From contig NIVC01000127.1 of NCBI GenBank assembly GCA_002269645.1, forward strand, positions 434,001-498,000: a stretch of DNA of 64,000 nucleotides, given 5' to 3'. The stretch is from Macrostomum lignano. Its lineage: Eukaryota. Shown piece by piece: positions 34,738-47,807 of this stretch; position 1 is the stretch's first letter; every line of letters starts with the position of its first letter. Below the pieces are notes generated by a model. The model had not been told where the DNA came from. It did no database searches and worked only from the letters and a program-made list of their open reading frames with translations. The position numbers and the translations under genes were made by a program.

Positions 34738-37700
34738 TAATACATTATGCTTCTTATAAATAATATAGATTGTTAGTGTCATCAATTTTAATTTATCTTC
34801 TATGGTTAGACTAAAGTATACAGTATACAAAGTATACAAAAAAATAAATTTTGTATTGGTAGCTATGGATAATTAGTCTCTTCAATTTTAATTTGTCTTT
34901 TATGGTTAGAGTCTATTTGTATACTGAGAAATGCAACATTATTTCATTTGAAAATGCTGCATATTACATTAGCTATACATAAAACAAGTTAATATACTTG
35001 AGAACAAAGCTTTAGATTATTATATTAGGAGTAATAGAATTGAAAAATTGCTTCTAGGTTTCTAGAACAACTAAATGTAAAAAATCCTACAAAAAGTTGT
35101 TCATAAATTTAAGTATTATAAAACTTGCACATTTAAGGTAAAAATAAAACCTGCACAAAAAAATTGCACAACTTTTTTTTCTAGAATTGCCATGCAAAGA
35201 TTCTATCCTTTAGTATAGGCCTAACTGAATTTTTATAAAATAAGCTTTTTTAAAACTAAATTAAAACTGAAATGAAAATGAATAGCATTTTAATTATATT
35301 TTAAAATGATTTGAATATTCATTACAAATAGAGAAGTTCTTAGGTTATTATAAGTTATAAATATTCTATTAATACAAAATGCTAACAATATACAATGATG
35401 TGCATGTATCTGCATGGCTAACTGAATTTTAGGTTGCACATATATGCCTTACATATAGTTTTTAATTTTATATGTAGAATTTACTTTAGAATAATATTTT
35501 TTAATAAAATTTGTATGTTATAGCTGTACTTCTAACATTATTTATAATGTCACATCCAGACATACCCAATACCTGTCCGAACTGGATTGGTGAAATAGCC
35601 ACTGGCTAAGGTAAGTCACAAAATTGAAAATGCAAAAACCAAAAAATTGGGGGAAGAAAGAAGGGAAAGGAAGAAAAAGGAAAAGAAAGGAAGAGAGAGG
35701 GGGAAAGAAGAGGAATAGAAGAAAAGATAAAATAGCAAGAAAAGTCTTATACAAAATGAAAATAATGAAAGGAACTGAGTCACAATTGGGAGAAACTAAG
35801 TCGCAAATCTAGACAAAACTAAGTCACACTGGATAGGTAAAATTTTGAGGTTGGGCAAAATTGGGTAAAATTTGTGATGGATCCAAATTTTGGATTTGGA
35901 ATCTGAATCCAAAGTCTTACTTTTTTTAATTTGAATGGTTTGGATTTGGAAGTTTTATTTTCCAAATGCACTTCTAGAATCATCTCGTAGAAACATTTAA
36001 TCACAGTAATCATTGTTTAAGTGTAATAATCATTTTTTTTCAAAATGCAAATGCAATAGACTATATGCACTGCACAGTAAAGTTATCAAATTGCACAAAC
36101 TTGATACTAAATTACTAGACAGCCAGACTCTAGATAGTATACATGTACGCCAGAATTTTCCAGCATACAGAGACCTAGATTACACATTGGCATACAACTT
36201 GGCGTACAAAGGCGCCTGGCGTGCCCTCTTGGCGTACAGCTTGGCGTATAGAGATTGCCGAGACCAGCAGGTGGGACCAAAAGTTCCAAGTCCCAACAAT
36301 CAATCTACATAATTAGCATACAAAAATGATTAAGTTTGCATTTGGCATAGTTTCTATGTACATAGTTATAATAGCAAAATTTTGATCAGAAAGAATGGCC
36401 AGCCTTTACAAAAAAAATGGAAAACTAAATTTTAAAAACCATGTTTAACCTTTCCAAGAAAGTAAAAGCAAAACAAAAAGTTAAAATGAACTAATTCTCT
36501 ACAGTTTAGTAAAAAGATTTTCAGTTTTAATACATAGGTTGTTTGAATATTAAATTTTGCAAGCTTTTAATATTAGTTGTAATTTGTAATTTTTATTTTG
36601 GCATATTTTTATATGCAATAAAAAGTTCATTGGTGTACATTGGCATGCATGAGCTACAGAAGCAATTTTCATTCCGGCATACAGCAGTACACAATCCTGA
36701 CCCTGGCTAGACAATTACTACATTGTCAGTTAGTATTAGTAATTGGAATTAGTTAAATTAGATATATAAGAATTAGTTAAATTAGATATATCATAAAAAT
36801 TGAGTTCAATTCTAAGTTCAATTCAATTCAGATACTATATAGATATAGATATAGTATAAGCCCAAGATTAGATTGAATCTTGTCAGTGAATTAATGTACA
36901 GTACTAATATGATAACTAATTAGATAACAAAGCATTTTTGTCATTGAAAGGTGTATTAGTTACTCCCACCATTTACCTTTTACTTTTGTCTATATTCGGA
37001 AACACATTCGGATATTTCTATTTGGATTTGGATTCAAAATTTTATTATACATTTGGATTTAGTTTTGGACCATAGTTGGGAAGGTGGCACAGTGTGCACC
37101 AGAACTATTTTGATGGCTTTTGAGCATTGTGCGCCATGTGCCGTGAAGAAAATATTTTGTGCGCCGCAGTGCGCTATGATAAGGTAAGTCTAAGGTAAAG
37201 TAAGGTAAGGTAAGGTAATTAATAATTCACTAGTAAACAAATTTGAATTTATGGTAAACAAATTTGAATTTCATTTACATATTTTATATTGTGATTTACA
37301 TAATTTTAGTACTCTTTGATAGTATAAAATTTTATTTTACGAATTATGGAATTAGGCCTGACACTATATATTTTGCAAAGTATAATGAAGTGTAACTATA
37401 TATTTTTTCAGCGCCATGCGCCATGTGCGCCGCCAGAGCATTTCCAATTTTTCCTTGTACCCCGTGTATGCTGTGTGTGCCAAAAAAGGGCCAATTTGCA
37501 CCGGAAAATTCACCAAAAACTGCCACCTTCCTAGCTATGGGTTTTGGAAACTTGCAAAAATCTACATTTGGTCTATCACTAATGTATATAAAGTTCAACT
37601 TTTAGGAAAAATAGACCTAATGTAAATATTAATATTATTATATACTTAGGCCTAGTATTATTGGATAAATAATAATGTAATGACTTTATTTACCCAGTAC

Positions 37701-40700
37701 CAGAGATGAATAAAAGTAACATTATTTATCTAATACTAGATAAATAAATAGTCACTGCTTTTGCTAATTGTTAGTTGTTAGTAAAAAAAGCCTTTGCAAC
37801 TTACCTTTGTAGGCATCTAAGCATATTTTGGGGCCTAAGCACCTTTCTACTTTGTACTAGGCCTAAGGCATAAGGCCTAGACCTTCTTGCTGCTTAGGAA
37901 AAATTAGGCCTAGTTCTACACACTCAGTTAGTGTATAATTAGGCCTCACCTATAAACTTAAAGCAAACCTTGTACTTGGTAACTTGGGCTGTGCCTAGAC
38001 TCCTAAATTAAATCTTTAGGCTTAGGTCTTAGGTCTAGCCACTTAGGTAGCAAATAGAAAAAATAGGCCTATGTTTGTGATTACAGTTGTTGGAATATAG
38101 CCAAGATAGCAGGCTCATAAACAGATAATAATTCAGTAGCCTAAATCACAAAAGTGATGATAAGGTCTACTACTTTAATGGTTAACATCATGCCATGCTA
38201 TGCCATTCATGGGTAGGCCCTATGGGTTGACCACTGTCCACTACCACTGACTGGATCGCTTAAGTTCTAAATTCAAAACCGAAAAAACAAAACGCGAAAA
38301 AACTAAGAAGGGCATTCTTAAAAATTCTTTAAAAAAAGGTAGGTCCTTTCTAACATTACCATTTGCCTTTTTTATAAATTATTTCTTGCTGAGACTCATC
38401 CCGTCCGGCTGCTGAGAGTGCTGCTGCATGCGTGGATGGATGGATGGATGGATGGATTGTGACGCCGCGGTCCACTCGGTTTATTTTTAATTTTTTAAAC
38501 CGAAACAAATTTGAAATTTCTTTAATTCCTTAAAGTTAGAAATATTGTTTAAAAACAATAATTTTGGTTTTAAAATAGTTATTAGAGAATTCATTTTATT
38601 TAAACTAGTTTTATTTTGTTATAGTTACTTTGTCTTTCTAAAGTCTACCATTTCCATCTAAAATGATTCCAATCGAGTTCACATATAGCTAACATATAGC
38701 TGTTTATCAGTACATGTTTGCTCTCCTATTTTTTGTGGCTGAATGTTCTTGCTGCATTGACTATATGATGTGTACATGTACGTGCATGTACGAGTACTAC
38801 AGCAATTAGCATGTAAAGCAGCAAATGCATCATCTGTTACTGACGCTTTATCGTCGCAGATTTCATTGCAATACAGAATTACAGAGCATTGGTGATAAAT
38901 CACCACTAAATTATGATAAAATGCTAATAAGTTATTCTCTGCGCTGAACTCGTGTCGTCGAGTCAGCGAATTAATTTGAAAGCCCATGCACCCATATATG
39001 TCGCCTTAGCATGTAGTTGCAATTACGTTTTTAAGCCAGTTGCTTTATAAATTACAAGCTTACATTATGCATGCCTTAGTTAGTATGCAACTTAAGTTAG
39101 TATGCAACTTAATGCTAAATGTTAGTTGTAGTAGCGTTTCGATTTCGACCGGCAATGCAATAATTGACTCTACTCGAATATTATGGTGCACTTCATGTTT
39201 CATACGTGTACACCATCAACTCCATCTCTAGGCCGTTCTGGAGACCATGTCTCCATTTGCCTATCGCAAAGTAAAGGCCTTTGCGCGACTTCTCGTTACT
39301 ATGCACTCTACTCGATCACGGACTACTCAAGTAGCCATGTTGCGTGCACGTAGCGGCGTTGCCAATCTGTTTGCCCAAGCTTGTACAATATACTCAGCCT
39401 GCTGGATCTAACAGAATAAAAATTTAAGCTTTTATGTAATGCAATTACTAGCTGGGTCGAGTACGTGGTCACGCATGAGTCAGATCCACTCTACGAAGGC
39501 TTTGTCAAACTTCTATGCTATCTCAACTGCTTCATCGGGTTTTACGTACATCGTGCATTGTGATTTTTGGTCAATTAGGCAGCCTTAGCATGTTAATTCT
39601 AATGTGAGGCTTCTACCAAAACTTGCTGTCTTTAGTTGAATTATTAGTTACGCTCGCTACTTACATTAGCGAGTATTTTTACATGTACACAAAGTAAACC
39701 CTGATAACTTGACATTCCATATAAGGATATAGCGTTTCATTCCCGTAAAAAACAAATTTCATGCACTTTATACTTTTGCACTCTGCTCACTCCAGGCTCA
39801 ATTCAATGCACAGTGCCAAAATCCATAGTCGGTGTCCTTCACGCTACAGAAGTTGGCTTTCACAGGAAGCTTCATCTTTGCAATGGCCATCGTTACTGCA
39901 TAATTGCTATTACCAACAACAGGAACTTGGATCGAGTGCTCAAGGCGGAAAAACTTTACCATTAGTCTTCGAGACAAGCTGCCCCAATCAATGCGCGCCA
40001 ATATTGATTTTTTGTTGCAAAAATAGGTTGCAGTTTTAATCCCGATTATTGTCCTTTGTCCTTGGGAGAATTTTTACCCCTAATGCGAAGTGTAGCTATG
40101 CAGAATTAAATACACGTAGTCACCAACGGGAACGCTAGATAATCAATATTATGAAGTTAAAGCGTATCAATCGCAGAAGCACTCCAGGGATGGACTATAT
40201 GGCAGATTGCTCTCATGGATTCCGGATAGGTCAAAGCCCACGCAGCCAACCGGCCAGACAAACAGACATGAGGCAGTGGCTATAGGAAGAAGAGCCTCAC
40301 CGGATCCGACTGGTCCCGCTTATTTCTCCCAGGGGACGCATTCGGGGGAGATACCAAACAGAATCCAGACAGAATGTGCTAAGGAGTTCGGAGAGAAGAG
40401 ATCAAGAAAAGAGAGAGATGGGGGAGATGTGAGTGCAACGGGAAGACCAGTGAAGCTGAACAGTGCTCGGCATCTCATCAGATCTTGTCTCAGAACAGGA
40501 ACTTCTTCACTTCTTCCCTGCTTGTTCGAGTCTGCTCAGATCTTCAGAGCCCAAATCTGATTTAGTCTGGGGAGAAAGCATTCACTCTCACATTGCGGCG
40601 GCCCTGGCAAAGAAACTGCAATCGTCTCAATCTATCAATGAAGCTAGCTCCTTTCTTTTTTATTTTTTTGTTTGCACCTGTTTGAAAACTACCAGGTAAT

Positions 40701-41115
40701 CCATGGTTGTTCAATTCAGAATTTTCCACTCCCCTACCAAATACGGGTTGTTCATCCGCCAGATTTAATTATTCCACAGGCGAGGAAAAGTGCATTTGCT
40801 ACTAGCAGGCAGAGAGTAACTCACTGTCCTGCCCTCCTTGCCGCACAACTGAGCACGATGGGCCTTAGAGAGGTGAACTTTGATGCTAACAGAATTTCCT
40901 TTTGCAGCAAAGCTACATGTTTGCTAAGGGATAAAAGTAACAGTCTCTTGGTTTTGGGATCTGTTGTGCAGCGGTAACGACACTGGCTAGGTCTTATAGT
41001 ACGGTGTACTCTTTCAAATCTATTAGCAAAATGCAGACCACTGCCAATCCTAATTACAATTTGAATCCTCCGTAGTAAGAGTGACTTTCCAATAGTATAA
41101 ATAACTACTGGGTAA

Positions 41116-41288
41116 GGGGCAGAGCAGCTCAGCGGTCAAAGTGTCTGACTCCCGCGCCACGACCCCTTGGTTTGATTCCGTGCGCGCGGCCACATTCATC
41201 TGGGGCTTGTGTGCCCGAAAACTGACTTGGGGTTGTCGTGTGGTTTACACCCATGAGGCCCGACCCCCAAGGCACAGAGACTGCACAT
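41116..41288 (+). mobile_element. tRNA-derived SINE 5' portion
   Basis: A-box-like CAGCTCAGCGG (41125) and B-box GGTTTGATTCC (41169). GACCCCTTGGTTTGATTCCGTGCGCGCGGCCA matches the 7.7 kb copy; ends in CAAGGCACAGAGACTGCACAT like the 23.3 and 60.1 kb copies. Confidence 0.7.
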
Positions 41289-41871
41289 CGGGGGTCGGCA
41301 AACTCCGGCCCGCGGGCCACCTACGGCAGCCAAGCCTTTCTATCCAGCCCTCAGATCCTTTGAAAAGTCACAGTAGCAATCCGGCCCGCTCAAGGTTTGT
41401 GTCGCTTCTCAACTCTCTTCTCTAATCTCCTCTCCTCTCTCCTCTCTCTTCTCCTCTTTCCTATCCTCTCTCCTATCTCCTCTCCTCTCTCCTCTCTCTT
41501 CTCCTCTTTCCTATCCTCTCTCCTATCTCCTCTCCTCTCTCCTCTCTTCTCTCTGCTCCTCTCCTCTCTCCTCTCTCTTCTCATCTTTCCTATCCTCTCT
41601 CCTATCTCCTCTCTTCTCTCCTCTCTTCTCTAATCTCCTCTCCTCTCTCCTCTCTCTTCTTATCTTTCCTATCCTCTCTCCTATCTCCTCTCCTCTCTCC
41701 TCTCTTCTCTAATCTCCTCTCCTCTCTCCTCTCTCTTCTCATCTTTCCTATCCTCTCTCCTCTCTCCTCTCCTCTCTCCTCTCTTCTCTCCTCTCCCCCT
41801 CTCTTTTCTATTCCATCTCCTCTCTTCCCTCGTCTGGCCCGCTCTGGAGATGAAGGGTTTGCAAACCCCTG
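41289..41871. mobile_element. hAT-type MITE with an internal polypyrimidine microsatellite (41410-41830)
   Basis: Termini CGGGGGTCGGCAAAC and GTTTGCAAACCCCTG with subterminal GGCCCGC; 8-bp flanks CTGCACAT/GTGTACAT (6/8 match). Confidence 0.75.
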
Positions 41872-41921
41872 GTGTACATTATAGTATTTTTAATTTTACC
41901 ATAATCTTATTTGAGAGCGAA

Positions 41922-42879
41922 CTAATAAATAATAAGTACACAAAAGAAAGATATATATTCTCGTTCAAAAGGCAACTTTGCTTTCTGGATGTTTTTCAGC
42001 AGCTTGCGATTCTGACAGAAATCAGAACATTGTGAAAGCCTCGCTAGCTTCGCTAGTTCCTCACTGAACATGGTTAGGTCATCGCAGTATAGTAGATTAT
42101 TTATCTCAACATTCACGATAAAAGTTTTGCTGTGGAATGATTCTTCAACGTTTTGCTGAGGGATCAATGTACAGGGTTGTCTTGACGCCATTTTTCGGTT
42201 GGTGTCATGGAAGCTGTTTCATCGGATATTTTGACTTTCGCCTCTGAATGCAACATTGAGTGAAGTCTATAAGTCTGTTGAATGAAATATGAGCCAGAAT
42301 GATTCACCATGTCAAATGCACTTTTCAAGTCAAAGAAGACAAGATGGAAAGGTCTTTCATTGCTCGTTTTGTGTTTGACAAGAGACAATAGAGTATCAAT
42401 GTGATCCGAACTTCGGGGCATTAATGATTGAAGCGAAGAGATGAGCCATGATGGGGAAAACGCTAATTGGTCTGTAGTTTTTTGGGTCGTTGCTGGATCC
42501 TGTCTTGTAGATCGGAGTTACCAAAGCGACTGACCGGCCACTGTCTGGGTGTGTATCCAAGCCTCAGGATTGTGTTGAGCAAGCTTCAGTAGCACTGGTT
42601 TTACGAGTATAACAACCAGGCTGTAAATAATGTCGGCTCCCTTCAGCTTTTTCAACTGATCTTGGTATCTCTTGGCAAGACTATATCGTATTCTGTTGCT
42701 AGCAACCTGCCTGCTGGCATGCGTCTCAGTGTTTCATCGCTATAGATCCAGAATTTACAGATCCAGAAATCCAGAAGCTTCCGTCGGCTTCGATTAGCAA
42801 CACTCCAAGTAGGTGCCTTTTGGTAGACTTCCTCTTTTACGGGGTGATTGTTGCGATAAAAACTGGATGTTTCAAGCAT
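41922..42879 (-). pseudogene. Degenerate non-LTR retrotransposon reverse transcriptase
   Basis: Across frames: VTPIYKTGSSNDPKNYRPISVFPIMAHLFASII, HLVFFDLKSAFDMVNH, NNLLYCDDLTMF. Confidence 0.8.
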
Positions 42880-42894
42880 ACTTTACATTTAGAA

Positions 42895-42960
42895 ACGCTT
42901 AGAAAATTACGGCCACTGTACACTCTGTGTGAGCGTGTGTATGAGTGCGTGACTGCATGC
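42895..42960 (+). mobile_element. SINE 3' body fragment
   Basis: ACGCTTAGAAA...CCACTGTACACTCTGTGTGAGCGTGTGTATGAGTGCG matches the 23.36 kb copy. Confidence 0.6.
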
Positions 42961-42984
42961 AGTAGTCGCTTGCTTGCATGCACT

Positions 42985-44450
42985 CAGGACGGAATTGCCG
43001 TCAGCACTGCAGGTTGTTGGACGATATCGCCCAAGTTGCTGCGAAGGATGCCCGCAGCCCTTCTGCAGTTATTATTATTAATATTATTTACTATTATAAA
43101 ATGTCTGGGTCTGGGCACTGTGTCCAGCTTGTTAAACCGTCACTGCTGTCTTGATGGGGACGAATCCATGAAGTGGAAGGCTTCGAAGATCATCTCCATC
43201 CCCAAGCAAGGTGCCAACTCCACCAGCCAAAACGCTCGTAGACAACCAGCGCGGAATCGCCTTCGAGTGCACTCTTTCAAAGGTTCTGAATGCTGCGCTG
43301 CGAAACACCTGCTCCCAGAGCTCAACTCGCGCATGCTGCGAAACCACCTGCTCCCAGAGCTCAACTCGCGCATGCTGCGAAACCACCTGCTTCCAGTGCT
43401 CAACTCGCGCATGCTGCGAAACCCCCTGCTCCCAGTGCTCAACTCGCGCATGCTGCGAAACCCCCTGCTCCCAGTGCTCAACTCGCGCATGCTGCGAAAC
43501 CCCCTGCTCCCAGTGCTCAACTCGCGCATGCTGCGAAACCACCTGCTCCCAGTGCTCAACTCGCGCATGCTGCGAAACCCCCTGCTCCCAGTGCTCAACT
43601 CGCGCATGCTGCGAAACCACCTGCTCCCAGTGCTCAACTCGCGCATGCCAGCATGCCAGGCAGGTCAACTACTGAGCAGGTGGCATCATCATTGAGACCT
43701 GCAGAGCACGCCAAAAAGCTCGCCTCAATTGTTTTCATCGACTTCCACAAAGCCTTTGATTCTGTCAGCTGGCTGACCATAGCCTGGCTGCTCGCTCAGC
43801 GTGGAGTGCCGTCTCTGCTTGTGCGGGCAGTCATGGACCTCACCAGTTCTATGGCATTTGTCCAAACATCCGATGGACCCACTGAAGAGTGTCAAACCAG
43901 CTCTGGCGTGCTGCAGGGTGACACCCTCTCCCCCCTGCTGTTCGTCCTGCTGATGGACTACGTGCTCCGCAGGACTCTGCAAGAAGAGGATGGCTCTGTG
44001 GTCACCCAACGCCGCAGCTCACGGCATCCTGAGGTCCGACTCCCTGACGACAAAGCCCTTGTCTGCCGCGGCCTGGAGTCGGCACAGAGAGCAATAAAAT
44101 GGGCTCTTCGAGGAGGTTTGCCCGCGTGGGTCTGCAGATCAGCGCCAAGAAGACCGAGTTGCTTCACGTGGGCACTGAGACTACCCCGCCTCTGACGCTG
44201 CCCAATGGGGAGACAATAGCCGTCTGCCAATACTTTAAGTGCCTCGGCGTTCCGGTCATGCCACCCAGAGCTGCTGAGCATCGGCCTGACCCCCTTGACT
44301 GCCACTGACTGCTACCCCAGCCTGCTCAAACAGCGCGTGCTCGCTAGCACTGGGTAGCGTCACTAATAATAACAATAACTGGGACTGGGTGAGTTGATGC
44401 TCGATTGACTTTACTGTAGTCTGTATAGCCTGCTGCCCTTGTCGGCTGTG
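42985..44450 (+). pseudogene. Degenerate LINE (RTE/RTEX-like) reverse transcriptase
   Basis: WKASKIISIPKQG, DNQRGIAFECTLSKVLN, GRSTTEQV, VFIDFHKAFDSVS, SGVLQGDTLSPLLFVLLMDYVLRR, GLQISAKKTE, FKCLG; YADD region partly deleted; several frameshifts. Confidence 0.88.
43298..43648 (+). repeat. 39-bp minisatellite x9 inside the LINE RT ORF
   Basis: TGCTGCGAAACCACCTGCTCCCAGTGCTCAACTCGCGCA tandem units (LRNHLLPVLNSRM). Confidence 0.95.
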
Positions 44451-45825
44451 TGCTGATTGCATAATTCTTCTCATGCGCTAGTCTCTCAAGTTGATAAACA
44501 ATATGTAGAATATGTTGGTTTGCGTTGTATAGCCATTTTATTGATTATTACACCAATCTGCCAGACCGAAAGTTAAACAAGCCAGCTGTCAATAGTCTCA
44601 AGGGGTCAGTCTGTCTGACCATCGGACTGTCAATCTGCTGAGCTGCTGTTAAACAGCAAAACGCTCGATTTTATAGCATTGAACGCCGCTTTTGTTCTCC
44701 GGTGAAATAGTAGCCATTTGCAGCAGCAGGTTATAGCTATATCAGGCAATGAACTTGACTTGACTGTATGAGACTTGCGCATGCCAGTACAGTCTATGCA
44801 TGGGCTGAGCTAAGCTGAGCAGGATAGGAAGACTGCGACCTTAAATGAATACTCTGCAGACGAATTGCCGCCCGAGTCGGGGAGACCTCTTCCAATTCAC
44901 CTTGGTGCCTCTGCTCTCACCTCATACTGTATGGCATACTGGTATGGCTAAACACTAGGAAGCAGAAATGCCATTCACTAATTCAGTTAACATAAACAAC
45001 AATTTTGAAAGTGAAAAATTTTCTCCTATACTTCTACGAGCTTGTAGAGTTGGAAGTCGACAGTGCCACTGGCAGAGTTCCGCAGCAGGGCCTGCAACAC
45101 ACCCCCAATGTCCGTATGCGGCCAGTATATGACTTGGAGAATAACCAACAGCACCACACAGTTTTAGCATAGGGCTCGAATTGAGACTTTGAACAATTGG
45201 CTTCTTGCATTGCGATACGATCTGGTCAATACGCGACTCTCCCGCTGCTGATTCGCAACCTCACCGCTCCGCAACAGTCCGTGCAGTGCTGAACAATGCC
45301 AGCACTACTCGCAGGAGTTGCCCATTGCGGTGAATAATGTGGCCAGTCTGAGTGGCAGTTGTTTCAGTGCCTGCTCACTCTGCAGCTCGATCGAGTCACG
45401 CCCGCTCCCCATTGGCCAGGGAGAATCCCGGCCCGGCCTCCCCTGCTTGGATCGATGTCCGCTTTGGTCGCCGGCATTTAGAAGAGTTGATTTTAGAAAT
45501 GAATAGAAAAATACTGCATTGAGAACTGGCTGGAGAAGAAGACCTGAAGCAGATTTGAAGAGTGCGAACGTGCTTGGCTTGTAGCGGTAGCGCACCCGCC
45601 CAGTTAAAAGTCCCACAAAAGGTTCGTTACCTAGCAAAGTTTGCCACACGAGGCAGAGCCGACCTGAAGCCAGTAGCTGACCCTCCTGCTGTGAGCATAG
45701 CAAACCCAGCCAGCAGCTGGCCCCAGGGGCCAGGGTCGCCGCGTACAACCCAGTCGAAGCCGAAAGACGTCTTCATTTATACAGTTCATTTATACTGAAT
45801 CGGACAGTCTAAAGGTCGGAGTGCA

Positions 45826-47016
45826 ATGAAAGTCATGGAGACCGAGGCTCAACTCGAACTTGAGCTGCTAGACCAGCAGCAGCAGCAGCAGCAACGGCCG
45901 AGGCCAAGACGAAAGCTGCTCCGCCAGCTGGAGATCGAGGCCAGACAGCGCCGGCTGAACGTGCAGCTGGCAGCGCTAGTGAGCAAGATCACAGTTCACG
46001 GCCCTAGCAACATGCTGGATGCCTATCACTGGAACGACAAGCTGCTCTGGTGCATGGTCCTGTTTTGCACCCTCGGCGGCCTGGTGGTGCACACGGCGAA
46101 CCAAGTGCAAATGTTCGTAGCGAATCCAGTCAGCTCGACGGTCTCTCAGCAGGCAAACTCCTTCACAATGCCAGATGTGACCGTGTGCGACCCGCTGGTG
46201 AACAAGTTCTTCAAGTACAGCCTACCCGAATATGACAGAGAGCTTCAAGCTAAGAGGTCTCTGGTGAGTCACACCCAGCAGCTGCAGATTGTCTACGGCC
46301 ACCTGTTCGGCTGGGAGTCTCTCAAATTCCTGGAGGCCGTGTACACCTCTCTGGAACACCGGATCAACATGTCGGCGGTGGGCGCTCGTATCAACGACTT
46401 CGTGGTCGCCTGCTGGTACCGGGGCGAGCGCTGCTCCAACAGCAACTTTGTCACGTTTTTCCACCGCCGTTTTGGCAACTGCTTCACCTTCCGGCCGAAA
46501 GAGCGACGCCTGAGCAGCGAGAGCTCAGACGATGGCCTCATCATGGTGCTGTACAGCCCGAGCACGGACGCCAGCTTCCCCATCGACCGCATCATGAAGA
46601 CTATCACCGGCCTGGAATCCGGCGGCTTCAGAGTCGCCATCCACCAGCAGGACACACCGCCGCACCCGGACGCGTCCGGGCTGTTCGTCCCGACTGGCAC
46701 TCGGCTGGACCTGCCGCTAACGAAGTACAAGACGACTCTGGTGAGCACGCCGACAAAGACCTGCGCCCAGCCTGCCAAGCAGACCTACTACGACTCAATG
46801 CTGCGGCGAAACTTCACCTACCTCCCCGACCTCAACGATTGCGTCGCAGCGGAGAGAGAGCTGGCCGTGTTCCAGCGCTGCGGCTGCAAGCTCGAGGGCC
46901 CCGTGCCGCTGGCGGTGCCCGGCTCGCCTCTGGCTGATGTGGCCTTTGCCGACAGTCGGGCGCTGCACTTTTGTCACGATCTCTTCGGCCTGGCGGAGAG
47001 TTCCCCAGCTTTTCAG
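45826..47016 (+). CDS. DEG/ENaC (amiloride-sensitive sodium channel family) subunit, exon 1
   Basis: Pre-TM1 TVHG, TM1 LLWCMVLFCTLGGLVVHT, MPDVTVCD, CWYRGERC, FGNCFTF, GFRVAIH, RCGC. Donor CAG|gtaagt at 47016/47017 is phase 0. Confidence 0.93.
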
Positions 47017-47807
47017 GTAAGTTTGGCTGCAATTCAAACCCCTCCCCTCAATGAATGCCTGTTTTGCTGTAAAAATCCCTGGCAAAATGGAAGTTCTCAG
47101 CGTTTTTAGCACTGTCTTGCAATCTAGAGAGCCCCCCGTTGCGGAGCCAACAATGAATGGAATACAAATGAATGAAACTACATGTAGCTTCTCCTTGCTA
47201 TAACCTCAGCAATTCCCCTTGTAAGCCTTGACATCTCAGCTATTCTCCCTGTGAGCCTTGACATCTCAGCAATACCCCCTAACCCTAACACTAACATAAC
47301 CATAACCCGACCCCAAAAGCCTTGACCTCTCAGCAATTCGCAAATGAATCTTTAATGTTCGACATGACGCTTCTTTTATTTTTAAAAGACGCTTTTTCAA
47401 TCAGCGCCCCCCCCAAACAATGGAAGTTGTAATACCAATTTTTAAATAAACTAGACGTAGCTTCTGACCACAGCCTTTTTACCTTAGCAATTGCCCCCAA
47501 GCCTTGCCATCTCAGTTGGACTCCCCCCTCGTGTAATCACATGAATCAAAGATCGAAGAATCAAAGATCAAAGAAAGATTTTGGAGGCCGATTGGGCTTA
47601 TGAAATAAAAGAAAAAATATGAAAATGAAAATTTCATAGTTTTATAGGTCCTGTTATACTACAGTGGTCCTTGTTGCAAGCTTGTGTTTTGAGTCTCTGC
47701 TCATGGGCTACTAAAGTACTGCAGAATGATGTAGAGCTACCCAGGCTCTTCTACTATTATTGGCAGAACTCCTGCCCAAGATTGCACCGCATTCACTCCT
47801 CTTAAAG

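Noticed and set aside
37180-37220. Cluster of AAGGTAAG donor-like motifs on the plus strand (also at about 35606)
   Set aside because: Explained by a short (GGTAA)n repeat; no associated exon evidence
38679-40977. Short ORFs that might be transposase or LINE remnants
   Set aside because: No catalytic or family motif could be recognised in any frame I read
41116-41190. tRNA gene
   Set aside because: A and B boxes are present but I cannot form an acceptor stem or anticodon arm, and the sequence continues into a repeat body found at other loci, so it is a SINE head
45305-45748. 147-aa minus-strand ORF upstream of the DEG/ENaC gene
   Set aside because: No recognisable motif or supporting exon structure; likely chance in GC-rich upstream DNA
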